Source: an uncultured cyanobacterium
Lineage (GTDB): Bacteria > Cyanobacteriota > Cyanobacteriia > Cyanobacteriales > Cyanobacteriaceae
Length of the DNA: 64,000 bases
Direction: 5' to 3'
Assembly: GCA_963749915.1 (NCBI GenBank)
Contig: CAVVOP010000008.1
Coordinates: 320,001-384,000, forward strand
The translations under genes and the position numbers were made by a program. Positions 1-10,558 of the stretch are shown one piece after another (the stretch's first letter is position 1; each line of letters starts with the position of its first letter). Under the pieces are notes generated by a model. It made no database searches, was not told the DNA's origin, and saw only the letters and a program-made list of their open reading frames with translations.

Positions 1-61
1 CCTCGAGGCCAAAAAAAAATAGTTGCTTAAAAAACAGTAACTTATTATCATGGTTAGTGAA

Positions 62-238
62 AAGCTACCACGTTGGTGACTGCCAATCAAGTTTTTTGAT
101 CTATACTTGAGTTATAAGGAAACTAACAGAGTTCTTGTAGTAGTAAACCGAGCATTTGTACTCGGAAACAGAAACAGAAACGTTGGTGTCCACCTGGTCA
201 TCCAGGTCATAAACTGAGGTAAAACGGCGTGGTGGTTT
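62..238 (+). ncRNA. ssrS: 6S RNA (cyanobacterial 6Sa)
   Basis: ~177-nt non-coding rod. 5' AAGCTACCACGTTG pairs with 3' CGGCGTGGTGGTTT; internal hairpin CCGAG..CTCGG; 3' motif GGTGTCCACCTGGTCATCCAGGTCATAAAC typical of cyanobacterial ssaA/6S RNA. Ends approximate. Confidence 0.88.
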
Positions 239-328
239 AACTCAATGCACAACTGACGACAATTTACAATTAATTTTGACGATAAATGTGCAAGTTAAAT
301 GTCATAATTATCTGTTGTTCATTGCATA

Positions 329-799
329 ATGAGTTTAGAAGCAATAAAGATTAAGAATCTCACAGAGAAAGAATTAGATCAAGTATTGGAATTAGATGAT
401 CTTTGCTTTGGTGGTTTATGGAGTTTTGACGGTTATAAACAAGAAATTGAAAGTCCAAATAGTTGTTTATTAATTCTTACGACAAATATTGGAAAAATCG
501 AAAAAGTCATCGGTTTAGGTTGCTTTTGGTCAATTCTTGACGAGGCACATCTGACTATCTTAGCCATTCATCCTAATTTTCAAGGGCAAGGTTTGGGCAA
601 GTTATTGTTAGGTAAATTATTAAAAGAAGCAGAGAATAAAAGTTTACAAAGGGCAACGTTAGAAGTAGGAGAAAATAATAAAGAAGCCTTAAATTTATAT
701 CAACAATTTGGCTTTAAAGAGGCAGGAAGGAGAAAAAAATATTATAAAAAAACGGGAGAAGATGCCTTGATTTTATGGAAGAAATTTTCATCTACTTAA
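329..799 (+). CDS. rimI: ribosomal protein alanine N-acetyltransferase (GNAT)
   Basis: DEAHLTILAIHP-FQGQGLG, TLEV...N..A..LY..FGF...GRRKKYY..TGEDA motifs. Confidence 0.9.
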   Translation: MSLEAIKIKNLTEKELDQVLELDDLCFGGLWSFDGYKQEIESPNSCLLILTTNIGKIEKVIGLGCFWSILDEAHLTILAIHPNFQGQGLGKLLLGKLLKEAENKSLQRATLEVGENNKEALNLYQQFGFKEAGRRKKYYKKTGEDALILWKKFSST

Positions 800-986
800 A
801 TTTATCAATATTTATATTATTGATTTTTTATACAAAAAATAGAGTGTTAGCTGATCGCCGGGAGATTATTGAAGACAAAACTGATATGATAATAAAACCA
901 TTAAATTTAGAATATATTTTTGTGAAATCAACCTGACATCAATTACAGTCTCAGTGAAATTGTTAATGACAAAGACGAACGAATAG

Positions 987-3146
987 ATGAAAATCAAAAA
1001 CATTAAGAATCTCATCCCTATATCTACTCTCCTTATTATCATCATTGGAATTGTCGGTGCAACATTTTTAACCCCAAAGTTAATAAAAATGTTGGATGAC
1101 ATCGTAATTTCTACCTTTCAAGAAAAGCCAGAGTATAGACTAGATGGACCCTCTGAGGTTTTGCCCTTGGCGGATATTCCCCCCAAGGAACGTCAAACGG
1201 CTTTGGAGGCCATCGCCAATCAAGAAAAACCCTCACTAGATAGAAGTAGGGCCAAATTTTTATTGGCATCGGATATACTAAGAGGCGATTTTGATGGTGC
1301 AAAAGCCTTAAGTTATCTCAAAAATTTAGAGAAAGAATACCCAATCTTAGCCCCTTATATTTTATTACGACAAGGAAGGAGCTATGAGTTAACAAACGAT
1401 ACCAAAAAAGCTCAAGAAATTTGGTTAAAATTAGTCAATGAATATCCGCAAGAATTAGTTAGTGCCGAAGCCTATTATAAACTTGGTAATTATGAACCTC
1501 AATATTGGCAAGAAGCTATTAAGAAGTTTCCTCAATATCCTCGTACCCATGAAATTGCTCGCAAATTATTAGAAAAAGATCCCCAACAAAAAGACTTATT
1601 GTTATTGTTAGCAACCTATGATTTATCCCCTCAAACAACCCCAATTTTAGATCGATTAGTTAAAGAATTTAGCAAAGAATTACAGTCTCCTGAATGGGAT
1701 ACTATCGCCAACAATTACTGGCAAAACGGCAACTATTTAAAAGCGGCCCAAGGGTACCAAAAAGGTACATCTACCCCCGAAAATTTATACCGCATTGCTA
1801 GAGGTTATCAAGTATCAAACAAACAAACTGAAGCAAAAAGTTTTTATCTAAAATTAGTCAGTGAATTTCCCGACGCATCGGATACGGGGTTAGCATTAAG
1901 AAGATTGGCGAATCTTACTCAAGGGGATGAGGCTTTATCCTACCTCAATAAAGTCGATAAACGATTCCCCGAACAAGTGCCTAAAGCTTTAAGTCAGAAA
2001 GCTAGTATTTTAAGCCTTTTAGGTCGATTTTCAGAGGCAACCCAAGCTAGAAATCAGTTATTACAACAATATCCCCACTCTGATGAAGCCGCAAATTATC
2101 GTTGGCAAGTGGCACAAGAATTTGCAAGGGATAATAATCTAGTAGCGGCATGGCAATGGGCACAACAAATCACCGTTGATAATCCTGATAGTGATGTTGC
2201 ACCAAAAGCCGCTTTTTGGGTGGGTAAATGGGCTCAAAAATTAGGACAGAAAGGGGAGGCTGAAAAGGCTTTTCATTTTGTATTGCAAAGATATCCTCAA
2301 TCATATTATTCTTGGCGATCAGCTGTGGGACTGGGTAAAAACGTGGGGGATTTTACCACTATTCGCAGTTTACCATTAAAAGTAGAAATGCCCAATACTC
2401 GACCAATTCTCCCCGCTGGTTCTAATATGTTTAAAGAATTATTTTTATTAGGGGAAAATCAAGAAGCCATTGATTTATTTGCAGGAGAAACAGGTGATAC
2501 ATCAGAGTTAACCGTATCACAACAATTTATTCAAGGATTATTAAAACAAATTCAAGGAAAAAATTTACAAGGAATTAATACTATTTGGAGTTTAAAAAAT
2601 CGGGATAAACCCGAAGATTACCGAGAATGGCAAATGTTGCGCCATAGTCCTGAATATTGGCATGGTTTATTCCCCTTTCACTATGAAGATTTAATCGTCA
2701 AATGGTCCCAAGAAAGAAAACTTAATCCCTTTTTAGTGGCTTCTCTTATCCGTCAAGAATCAAGATTTGAGAAAGAAATTAAATCCCCTGTAGGTGCAAC
2801 AGGATTAATGCAAATTATGCCCGATACAGGAAAATGGATTGCACCGCAAATCAATCTCAAAGACTACTCCCTCACCGATCCCAATGATAATATTAGAATG
2901 GGTACATGGTACTTAGATCATACCCACGAGACCTATAACGGCAATTCTTTACTCGCTGTCGCTAGTTATAATGCAGGACCAGGCAATGTTGCCAATTGGG
3001 TAAAACGCTACAATCTCAAAGACTTTGACGAATTTGTAGAAAATATCCCTTTCCCGGAAACTAAAGGTTATATTGAGTCAGTTTTTGCCAATTACTGGAA
3101 TTATGTAGAATTATATGATCCTCAAATACGAGAAAAAATAGATTAG
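987..3146 (+). CDS. soluble lytic transglycosylase with TPR-like repeats and N-terminal membrane anchor
   Basis: C-terminal SLT motifs IRQESRF, GATGLMQIMP, ASYNAGPG, ETKGY; helical repeats upstream. Confidence 0.9.
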   Translation: MKIKNIKNLIPISTLLIIIIGIVGATFLTPKLIKMLDDIVISTFQEKPEYRLDGPSEVLPLADIPPKERQTALEAIANQEKPSLDRSRAKFLLASDILRGDFDGAKALSYLKNLEKEYPILAPYILLRQGRSYELTNDTKKAQEIWLKLVNEYPQELVSAEAYYKLGNYEPQYWQEAIKKFPQYPRTHEIARKLLEKDPQQKDLLLLLATYDLSPQTTPILDRLVKEFSKELQSPEWDTIANNYWQNGNYLKAAQGYQKGTSTPENLYRIARGYQVSNKQTEAKSFYLKLVSEFPDASDTGLALRRLANLTQGDEALSYLNKVDKRFPEQVPKALSQKASILSLLGRFSEATQARNQLLQQYPHSDEAANYRWQVAQEFARDNNLVAAWQWAQQITVDNPDSDVAPKAAFWVGKWAQKLGQKGEAEKAFHFVLQRYPQSYYSWRSAVGLGKNVGDFTTIRSLPLKVEMPNTRPILPAGSNMFKELFLLGENQEAIDLFAGETGDTSELTVSQQFIQGLLKQIQGKNLQGINTIWSLKNRDKPEDYREWQMLRHSPEYWHGLFPFHYEDLIVKWSQERKLNPFLVASLIRQESRFEKEIKSPVGATGLMQIMPDTGKWIAPQINLKDYSLTDPNDNIRMGTWYLDHTHETYNGNSLLAVASYNAGPGNVANWVKRYNLKDFDEFVENIPFPETKGYIESVFANYWNYVELYDPQIREKID

Positions 3147-3242
3147 TAAGTTGGTTTGCTAGTGTTTATCCTCTTGGGTTATCAGAGGCGATGGCTTTTG
3201 TGGATAAATGGGCTAGTAATTTTTAGTTAGAACTCATCAAAA

Positions 3243-4199
3243 ATGTCTAAAATAGTTACCTATAGTCCTGCTTTCACCATTGTGCCGACTTATGAGTGTT
3301 TTAATCGTTGTAGCTATTGTAATTTTAGGACTAATCCTCATAACAGTCCTTGGTTAGAATTAAATAAGGCTAGAAATATCTTAGGGAATCTTGAGGGCAA
3401 AGGAATTATCGAAATTTTGATTTTAAGCGGTGAAATTCATCCTCAATCTAGCCGAAGACAGCCTTGGATACAAAGAATTTATGATTTAGGAAAATTAGCT
3501 TTATCCATGGGATTTTTGCCTCATACCAATGCGGGGGTGTTAAGTTTCCAGGAGATGTCTTTACTGAAAAAGGTTAATGTTTCTATGGGATTGATGTTAG
3601 AGCAGTTAACCCCTAATCTATTAAATACTGTCCATCGTCATGCACCCACCAAAATTCCTGAAATAAGGTTACAACAATTAGAATGGGCTGGTATGCTAAA
3701 AATTCCTTTCACTACCGGCATTCTTTTAGGTATTGGTGAGACTTTGGACCATCGCATTGAAAGTTTAGAGGCGATCGCAAAAATACAAGAAAAATGGGGG
3801 CATATTCAAGAAGTTATTTTACAACCCTATTGCCAAGGCACAGAAGAAGAATTACAAAAAGAATCTCTTAGTCAATCAGAAATTTTGGAAATAATTACCA
3901 TCGCCCGCGATATTTTACCAGAAACCATAACTTTACAAATACCACCTAATTTAATCGATAGTGAAGAAACATTATTAAAGTGTTTAGATTTAGGAGTGAG
4001 AGACTTAGGAGGGATTGTACCCAAAGATGAAGTAAACCCCGATTATAGTCATCAAAACTTAGAAATCTTAGCAAAAATTCTCAGTAAAGCTGGTTGGGAA
4101 TTAAAACCTCGTTTACCCGTATATCCTCAATATTATTCTTGGCTATCGACTTTAAATCAAATAGGAGTGGTATTCTGCCAATTTTATAAGAAGATATAA
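3243..4199 (+). CDS. cofG: FO synthase subunit 1 (radical SAM)
   Basis: TYSPAFTIVPTYECFNRCSYCNF radical-SAM motif, PHTNAG, SMGLMLEQ, PFTTGILLGIGE, DEVNPDY. Confidence 0.9.
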   Translation: MSKIVTYSPAFTIVPTYECFNRCSYCNFRTNPHNSPWLELNKARNILGNLEGKGIIEILILSGEIHPQSSRRQPWIQRIYDLGKLALSMGFLPHTNAGVLSFQEMSLLKKVNVSMGLMLEQLTPNLLNTVHRHAPTKIPEIRLQQLEWAGMLKIPFTTGILLGIGETLDHRIESLEAIAKIQEKWGHIQEVILQPYCQGTEEELQKESLSQSEILEIITIARDILPETITLQIPPNLIDSEETLLKCLDLGVRDLGGIVPKDEVNPDYSHQNLEILAKILSKAGWELKPRLPVYPQYYSWLSTLNQIGVVFCQFYKKI

Positions 4200-4231
4200 T
4201 ATTAAATCGTTACACTGTAAATATTAAATTT

Positions 4232-5896
4232 ATGATTTCTTCGAGACTTATTCGCCTTATTCATCCCGTCAGCGTTGGAATTCTAAGCACTTTAGTGACT
4301 TCTCTTCCAGTCAAAGCGGCTGAAAAAATTTATTTAACCTATGGTCCCGTAAAGATGTCAGTAAAAGTAGCCTCCTTAGAAACTTTTGCTAAAGACGGCA
4401 CAATCAATAAAAATTTAGAATTTTATCTCAAATCCACCAGTCCAGAACAAAGAGAACAATTCCGTGAAGCATTGAACAAAAAAGTTGACATTAATCCTGT
4501 AATGTTATCTCGTTTTTTCAACACCGATATTGGAGAGGACATTCTACATCGTTTTGGCAAAGGTATTACGATTCCTGGAGGACGTAATGGTGAATATGCT
4601 TTACGAGGTGCTCTTGTCACAGCGGCTTTGGATTCAGATGGACTGACTTTATTAGGTGTATTACAAAATTTCCCTGTGGATATGCAGTTACAAGGAGAAA
4701 GGATTCTCGGACTTGTCAAAGAAATAGATAAGGTAGTTAAGGCAACAGTCGCCTATACAGAAGTAATGGGTGAGTTATCAACCACAGAAGCAAAGTCTGA
4801 TCCTCCAGTGGATTTTAATCAACTCCCTGACATCCGACAACCCGGAGAATTTGGTTTTCAAAAAGGGATCTTAAACCTCACCGATAGTAAACGCAATCGT
4901 AGCTTTTATGTTATTCTCTACAAACCCCAACAATGGCGGTCAGGTAAAACCCCTGTGGTCGTTATCTCTCACGGTTTAGCATCCAATCCTGAGAGCCTTG
5001 AAGATGTCGCCCAACATTTAGCTTCCTACGGCTACGTTGTTGCCCTGCCCCAGCATCCCGGCAGTGATACAAAACAAGCCAAAGACTTACTGGAGGGCTA
5101 CTCAAGGGAAGTTTTTGACTTAAACGAATTTATTGATCGCCCTCAAGACATCACCTTTGTTATTGATGAATTAGAACAGCGCAATCAATCTGAATTTGAC
5201 GGACGTTTGGATTTAGAAAATGTAGGAGTTGGTGGACATTCCTTTGGCGGATATACAGCTTTAGCCGTTGCTGGTGCAGTCATCGATTTTGATTATCTCC
5301 AAAAAATTTGCGATCGCGATTATGGAGCATTAAATACATCTTTGTTACTTCAGTGTAGGGCTTTAAGCCTACCCCGTGAAACCTATAAGTTCCGAGATAA
5401 TCGGGTTAAAGCAGTATTGGCAGCAAATCCAGTTAACAGTGGTATTTTTGGAGAGAAAGGCATAAGCCAGATTCAAATTCCTGTGTTTTTCCTTAGCGGT
5501 AATTATGATCCTGCCACTCCTGCTGTCTTCGAGCAACTCCGTTCTTTTATCTGGTTGACCAATCCGAGCAAACATCTTGTTCTTGCTGAAGGACAAGCAC
5601 ACGTGGACTTCTCCGACTTAGATGCAGGAGTTACTCAAGTATTGGATTCGGTGCCAAGTTTGACATTACCTGAACCAAGTCTACTTAAAAGCTATCTCCA
5701 TCCCATCGTGCTTTCATTTTTCGAGGTTTATATTGCCAATAACCAAAGCTATCAACCCTATTTAACTTCCTCTTATACAAACTTTCTTAGTGAGAATGAG
5801 AAATTCAAAGTGTATATGATTGGTATTGCCTCTGAACCGGCTTTAAAACAAGCGATTATGGAATTTAATGCAAAAGAAGGATCCATCGCCCCTTAA
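4232..5896 (+). CDS. alpha/beta hydrolase with N-terminal DUF1400-like domain
   Basis: signal-like N-terminus AAEKIYLTYG; SHGLAS, HPGSD, GHSFGG nucleophile elbow. Confidence 0.8.
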   Translation: MISSRLIRLIHPVSVGILSTLVTSLPVKAAEKIYLTYGPVKMSVKVASLETFAKDGTINKNLEFYLKSTSPEQREQFREALNKKVDINPVMLSRFFNTDIGEDILHRFGKGITIPGGRNGEYALRGALVTAALDSDGLTLLGVLQNFPVDMQLQGERILGLVKEIDKVVKATVAYTEVMGELSTTEAKSDPPVDFNQLPDIRQPGEFGFQKGILNLTDSKRNRSFYVILYKPQQWRSGKTPVVVISHGLASNPESLEDVAQHLASYGYVVALPQHPGSDTKQAKDLLEGYSREVFDLNEFIDRPQDITFVIDELEQRNQSEFDGRLDLENVGVGGHSFGGYTALAVAGAVIDFDYLQKICDRDYGALNTSLLLQCRALSLPRETYKFRDNRVKAVLAANPVNSGIFGEKGISQIQIPVFFLSGNYDPATPAVFEQLRSFIWLTNPSKHLVLAEGQAHVDFSDLDAGVTQVLDSVPSLTLPEPSLLKSYLHPIVLSFFEVYIANNQSYQPYLTSSYTNFLSENEKFKVYMIGIASEPALKQAIMEFNAKEGSIAP

Positions 5897-6139
5897 GAGT
5901 GTGTTCGAAATTTTTTTTGGGCGGGTATCAAAAGTATCAAGGGCGATCGCTAAAATTTTGGTGAGTGTGGTTTTAGCGGTGATTTTAGGAATATTAATAC
6001 ATTGATTAATCCATCAACGAAAAAAGATCGCCTTTCAAATTGGCGATCGCTACATAATATTTAATCACTGGCCCTCCTAGGCCGAAAAGGTCATTTTTTC
6101 CTGGCTTTTTGATCTACTGAGATTTAAGCATCTGTGAGA

Positions 6140-6835
6140 TTAAGCCTCAACAGACTGCTTTTTGGAAGATTTACTTTTGAATAAACCACCAAAACCTAAA
6201 GCCAATCCAGTACCTAAAATGGTTAAAGGTTCGGGTATAGCGGCAACACTAGAAGTAACAGTACCGAGAGACACAGGAGAATTCGCACCAGATACACCTA
6301 GTTGGAATGTACTCGAAGCAGCAGTTATATCTCCTTGATACGCCCAAAAAGCAGAGCTAAAGCAAGTGTCACATAACTCTATTTCCGCAGAAGCACCACC
6401 TTTAATACCCTCAAACTGAGTACCGGCTCGGAAAGTCAAGAATAAATCATCACTGCCATCAACATCAAAAGTGAATGTTTCGTCTTCAGTGAGCGTATAA
6501 AGCCATGGGTTGGAAAAAGTACCAGTTCCTGACCCCGTATAGGTAAAGTCAAGAGATTCAAGAGGACCGACAAAGGTGTATGGCTGACTATCGCCGGCTG
6601 CCAAACCTAAACCGGCGAAACTACCGGTAGCATATAAGGTTGATGCAGGAGTGTTTATTCCTACAGAAAAATCCTGTGCACCAATCGCACTTAAAAAGTT
6701 ATCCCCTGTAAGGACAAAGCCAATATCTCCACCGGCTAATTCTAAAGATTGAGCTGGAGCAGAAGCCATCATTACGGAGGTAACAGTAGCCGTAGCGGCT
6801 AGGGGAATTACGGAGAGAGAAAATAATCTATTCAT
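6140..6835 (-). CDS. PEP-CTERM sorting-domain protein
   Basis: signal peptide; C-terminal IPEPLTILGTGLALGFGGLFK followed by a basic tail. Confidence 0.9.
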   Translation of the reverse strand: MNRLFSLSVIPLAATATVTSVMMASAPAQSLELAGGDIGFVLTGDNFLSAIGAQDFSVGINTPASTLYATGSFAGLGLAAGDSQPYTFVGPLESLDFTYTGSGTGTFSNPWLYTLTEDETFTFDVDGSDDLFLTFRAGTQFEGIKGGASAEIELCDTCFSSAFWAYQGDITAASSTFQLGVSGANSPVSLGTVTSSVAAIPEPLTILGTGLALGFGGLFKSKSSKKQSVEA

Positions 6836-7153
6836 TTTTTAAGGTTTTCCTACTTTATTTACACTTACGTGTCAACGTATAAATACTATAACAAAAATTT
6901 TGATTTTGGCAAGGGACTTCCCAAAACTTTATCTTGATTTGCCTTTTCTGTAAAGTTTATAACCTTTACAGAATCGATATATTAGAACTTTACACAATCT
7001 TTAAAAAAGAAATAACACAATCAGAGAAAAGAATTGTATAGTGATAGATGAAGTTCTCTATTTAATTTTTGTTTAAGTAGAATTACTGGTTAACTCTTAA
7101 ATAGAAATACTGATCAAGAGATTCGTAGTCGATAACAAAGAGGTACAGGCACC

Positions 7154-7834
7154 ATGCTTTTTTCAGATAGCAAATTAGTAAACCAACATTCTTCCTTTGA
7201 AGGAGTTACTGACTTTTATTCTGTCGTTCATATTTCTGCCCATAGCAAGATTAAAAGATTTATTGACATTATCGGTTCGTTAGTGGGTTTGTTTATTACC
7301 GCACTGATTTTTATCCCCATGGCGATCGCCATAAAATTAGATAGTGAGGGGCCTGTTTTCTATCGTCAAATCCGTTGTGGATTACTAGGGGAAACTTTTT
7401 GCATCTGGAAATTCCGTTCTATGTATTCTGATGCGGACCAAAGAAAGCATTTAGTCGAAAATCAAGCCAAAGGTCATATATTTAAAAATGACCAAGATCC
7501 GCGTATTACTAGGGTAGGGAGATTTTTACGAAAAACTAGCCTAGATGAATTTCCTCAATTTTGGAATGTGTTAATGGGTGATATGAGTTTAGTAGGAACT
7601 CGTCCCCCAACCTATGATGAAGTTAAACATTATGATAAACATCATTGGCTACGCTTAAGAGTTAAACCTGGTATAACTGGAGAATGGCAAGTCAACGGTC
7701 GATCTTTGGTAGATGATTTTGAAAAAATTGTATCTTTAGATTTAGACTATCAAAGAAAATGGTCTGTGTGGTATGACTTACGTTTAATCCTCGAAACCAT
7801 CAAAGTTGTTTTTCACCGTAAAGGTGCACACTAG
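7154..7834 (+). CDS. bacterial sugar transferase (priming phosphoglycosyltransferase, WcaJ-like C-terminal domain)
   Basis: KRFIDI, KFRSM, DPRITRVGRFLRKTSLDEFPQFWNVL.GDMSLVGTRP, KPGITG.WQV. Confidence 0.92.
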   Translation: MLFSDSKLVNQHSSFEGVTDFYSVVHISAHSKIKRFIDIIGSLVGLFITALIFIPMAIAIKLDSEGPVFYRQIRCGLLGETFCIWKFRSMYSDADQRKHLVENQAKGHIFKNDQDPRITRVGRFLRKTSLDEFPQFWNVLMGDMSLVGTRPPTYDEVKHYDKHHWLRLRVKPGITGEWQVNGRSLVDDFEKIVSLDLDYQRKWSVWYDLRLILETIKVVFHRKGAH

Positions 7835-7950
7835 TGGTCTGTCAAGATAGTTTTGAGGGACTGGGAACGGATAATTTTGGATTTTGGATTTTGGATTTTA
7901 GATTTTGGAGAATCCTGCTATCCCTCATTTCAAAATTGCTAGACCACTAG
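7831..7950. mobile_element. MITE with internal (ATTTTGG)n heptamer tract
   Basis: perfect 10-bp terminal inverted repeat CTAGTGGTCT/AGACCACTAG; related copies at ~14985-15040 and ~60225-60370. Confidence 0.75.
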
Positions 7951-8130
7951 TACTTTGACAACTTTGTTTTGAAGGATAAACAGAAGATTAAAAACTCAAA
8001 CAAAAAATCTTCTCTCCCAACTCCCACCGCCCTTCTCCTGACAAGGGTAGGTTTTTTACAATAAGTTCTGGTGAGGGAGAGACAAGGAGGACAAGGAAGG
8101 AAAGTAGACAAGGAAGAGAGAAATCGAAGA

Positions 8131-8445
8131 TTAAGAAGTATTAACCATAAAAGATGATTGTGGAAATAAACCCTTTAAGGATATACCTTTGCCACAGAGC
8201 AAATCGGCAATAATGTTAATTAATCCTTGCAAAAAACAAGAAATATTCCGATTCATTTTCTTTAACTCTGATTTTGGCTGAACTTCATCATGAGCAATTC
8301 CTTTATCTTTAAGACTTTCCTGTAGATTTCGCTGTTGATCACTACCCATGGTCACTGTCCATAAAGTAGCTACAGCCATTGCTAACCATAGTCTTTCTGC
8401 TCTGGCTGGTTCTCTCAATCTGGTTTTATGCCATTGCCATCCATG
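8131..8445 (-). pseudogene. DDE transposase C-terminal fragment (IS4-like)
   Basis: GWQWHKTRLREPARAERLWLAMAVATLW resembles cyanobacterial IS4-type transposase C-termini; no N-terminal or catalytic part. Confidence 0.75.
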
Positions 8446-8483
8446 TTTGACCAGTCTTTGAGATACTTATTTTGTAACATGAA

Positions 8484-8909
8484 TCAACCAATTAACCAAC
8501 TTTGGGGAGAATTAATCATTTTTACTAATCCGCTTAAAATTTGATTGTATGTACTATATAACTCTCGTCCTTGTTCCGTAGATATATAGTCACATTTAAC
8601 TGCAAATTTAAGCCAAACTTGGGTTTCTGCTGCTTCTGCTTCACAATCATTTAATTTGGCTACAAATGATGCTTGATACCTTCTTTTCCTCCAGGCTTCG
8701 GCAAAATTCGCACAAACAGAGCGAGACGAACGACGAATTTGGTCTGTAAGAGAATATCTTTCTTCCACAGGAAACTGTTTGGATAATTCAAAAATACTCA
8801 TAGCTGCATTAAACCCTTTTTGATAGATAACTAAATCTTCATGAGTTTTAATAGTTCTTTTTTCTTTTTCTCCCTTGTCCACTTTTCCCCCTTGTCTGCC
8901 TTGTCTCAC
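8484..8909 (-). CDS. four-helix-bundle protein (23S rRNA IVP / bAvd-like superfamily)
   Basis: HEDLVIYQK, FPVEERYSLTDQIRRSSRSVCANFAEAWRKRRY, EAEAAETQVWL. True start uncertain because the first codons lie in the GACAAGG repeats. Confidence 0.88.
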   Translation of the reverse strand: MRQGRQGGKVDKGEKEKRTIKTHEDLVIYQKGFNAAMSIFELSKQFPVEERYSLTDQIRRSSRSVCANFAEAWRKRRYQASFVAKLNDCEAEAAETQVWLKFAVKCDYISTEQGRELYSTYNQILSGLVKMINSPQSWLIG

Positions 8910-9009
8910 CTTATTTTATCGTTAATGTAAAAAACCTACACTTGTGAGAGGGGAAAGACTAGGAGATTGAGAGAAGAGAAGTATCTTCTCTGAAGTGGGA
9001 ATCCCGAGC

Positions 9010-9411
9010 TCATATTGCTAATTGTTGAGATTCTTTTTTCAACATCTCCAATAAGCAATGATTTTGGGCTTGTTGTGCAAGTTTGATTCTTCTCTCTAAA
9101 TTCTGTCTCAAATTTTCTAAATGTAATTGTTCTAAAGTGGATTTTGCCACGGGATGAGCAATGCAAGAATGAGGTGAGATCACTTTCAAAGGAGTTTCGC
9201 TATTAGTCGTCATTGCGGGGATCATATTAGGACAAGTGCTATAAGCAACGCCACGATAGTTAAGACCAAATTTAGGTCGTAGTTGAGGGACGTGTCTTGG
9301 TAATTTATACTTCCTCTCATTTCCTCTATATTTGCCGGTGATGTCACTTTCCTTCATTTCCAGTAAAGAAGTTTCCGATTGATATTGAACACCACGATAT
9401 TTCAATTTCAT
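9010..9411 (-). CDS. DUF4278-family protein
   Basis: repeated MKLKYRGV.Y / GKYRG / LNYRGVAY motifs and C-terminal coiled coil. Confidence 0.75.
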   Translation of the reverse strand: MKLKYRGVQYQSETSLLEMKESDITGKYRGNERKYKLPRHVPQLRPKFGLNYRGVAYSTCPNMIPAMTTNSETPLKVISPHSCIAHPVAKSTLEQLHLENLRQNLERRIKLAQQAQNHCLLEMLKKESQQLAI

Positions 9412-9811
9412 ATTATTTACCCCTAAAGTAATTTACAAATTTTATTCAGAAAAGATTTTCAAAATAGTTCTTGATTTCTGTATCCATTGTGACATTTTTA
9501 CCAATTAATGTAAAGAGGATGTAAGGAAAACTTAAAATTTGAGTGCAGAGTTGTCGGAAAGGGCAAAAAAATCTTAAAAGAGAAGTATTGTACTTATTAC
9601 TCTTCCCTCACAGTAACCTTTTCGGCACGTTTCCGAGCAGTCTTGGGTGGGGAAGTTACATTGATCATCAAAAATATTGGGAAGGTGCCAAAATATCAGC
9701 CTTCATGATAATGAGTAAAGGAGCAAATTGGTTGATGTCCACGGCAGAAATCGAGTAGAATGCAGTAGTTCAAGATCTTAAAATCGAGTTCTTATATTTA
9801 ATTAATATTTC

Positions 9812-10504
9812 ATGGAGACGCAAGAAATTAGCGATATTTTCTCTTTATTTCATAACCTGAATACAGAAACCTTAGAATGGGTTGTTTCTATGGGTGACAG
9901 TGACTATTATGAATCAGGAGAAGTGATTATTGCCGAAGACGACTGGGGAAAAGCTATCTATTTAATAGTTTCGGGATGGGTGAAGTTGGAGAATATCTAT
10001 ACGGAAGAAACAGTGACAGTGGAAATTATCGGCAAAGGTGGCTGTGTGGGAGAAGCTGGAATTTTAAGTAGTCTCAATGGTAACAGTCGAGTAGTTGCGA
10101 TTTCTGCGGTGGAAGTATTAACTATTTCCGCCCAAAGATTTTTACAAATATTATTCCGAGATTCTCAAATACAAAACCGTTTTTTAAAATTAATGGTAAG
10201 TCGGGTTACGGAATATCAAAAATATTGTCAATTTCATCGTCAGACAGGGAAAGTAAGATTAGCTACTGTTTTAATTTCCCTTGCCGATAAATATGGTGAG
10301 GTAACAGAAAAAGGTATTAAACTTTATGATTTTTTCCTGCAAGATTTAGCTAATTTAGCACAATTAAGTTTAGAAGAGTGTGGTCAAATTATGAGTAAAT
10401 TGGAAAACAAGGGTTTAATTTGTATAAAATCTGATACTCAGAGTCTTTATATTTCTAATATTAAACAATTACATCATATTATCGGTAAATTAGGCAATGA
10501 ATAA
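9812..10504 (+). CDS. Crp/Fnr family transcriptional regulator
   Basis: cNMP-binding domain (IYLIVSGWVKL, GE) and C-terminal HTH (QDLANLAQLS..E). Confidence 0.85.
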   Translation: METQEISDIFSLFHNLNTETLEWVVSMGDSDYYESGEVIIAEDDWGKAIYLIVSGWVKLENIYTEETVTVEIIGKGGCVGEAGILSSLNGNSRVVAISAVEVLTISAQRFLQILFRDSQIQNRFLKLMVSRVTEYQKYCQFHRQTGKVRLATVLISLADKYGEVTEKGIKLYDFFLQDLANLAQLSLEECGQIMSKLENKGLICIKSDTQSLYISNIKQLHHIIGKLGNE

Positions 10505-10558
10505 TTAATTAACAGTTGCTTATTATCTTACTTATTACTGGTTATTTTATATTAAAAA

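Larger units (their letters stand above)
8038..8948 (-). mobile_element. non-autonomous IS derivative carrying a transposase 3' fragment and a four-helix-bundle gene
   Basis: 23-bp TIRs CTGACAAGGGTAGGTTTTTTACA (8038-8060) and TGTAAAAAACCTACACTTGTGAG (8926-8948), 21/23 match; inverted subterminal GACAAGG repeats. Confidence 0.8.

Noticed and set aside
9479..9494. NtcA-like site TGTATCCATTGTGACA upstream of the DUF4278 gene
   Set aside because: One half-site is imperfect and I could not place a -10 box at the expected spacing.
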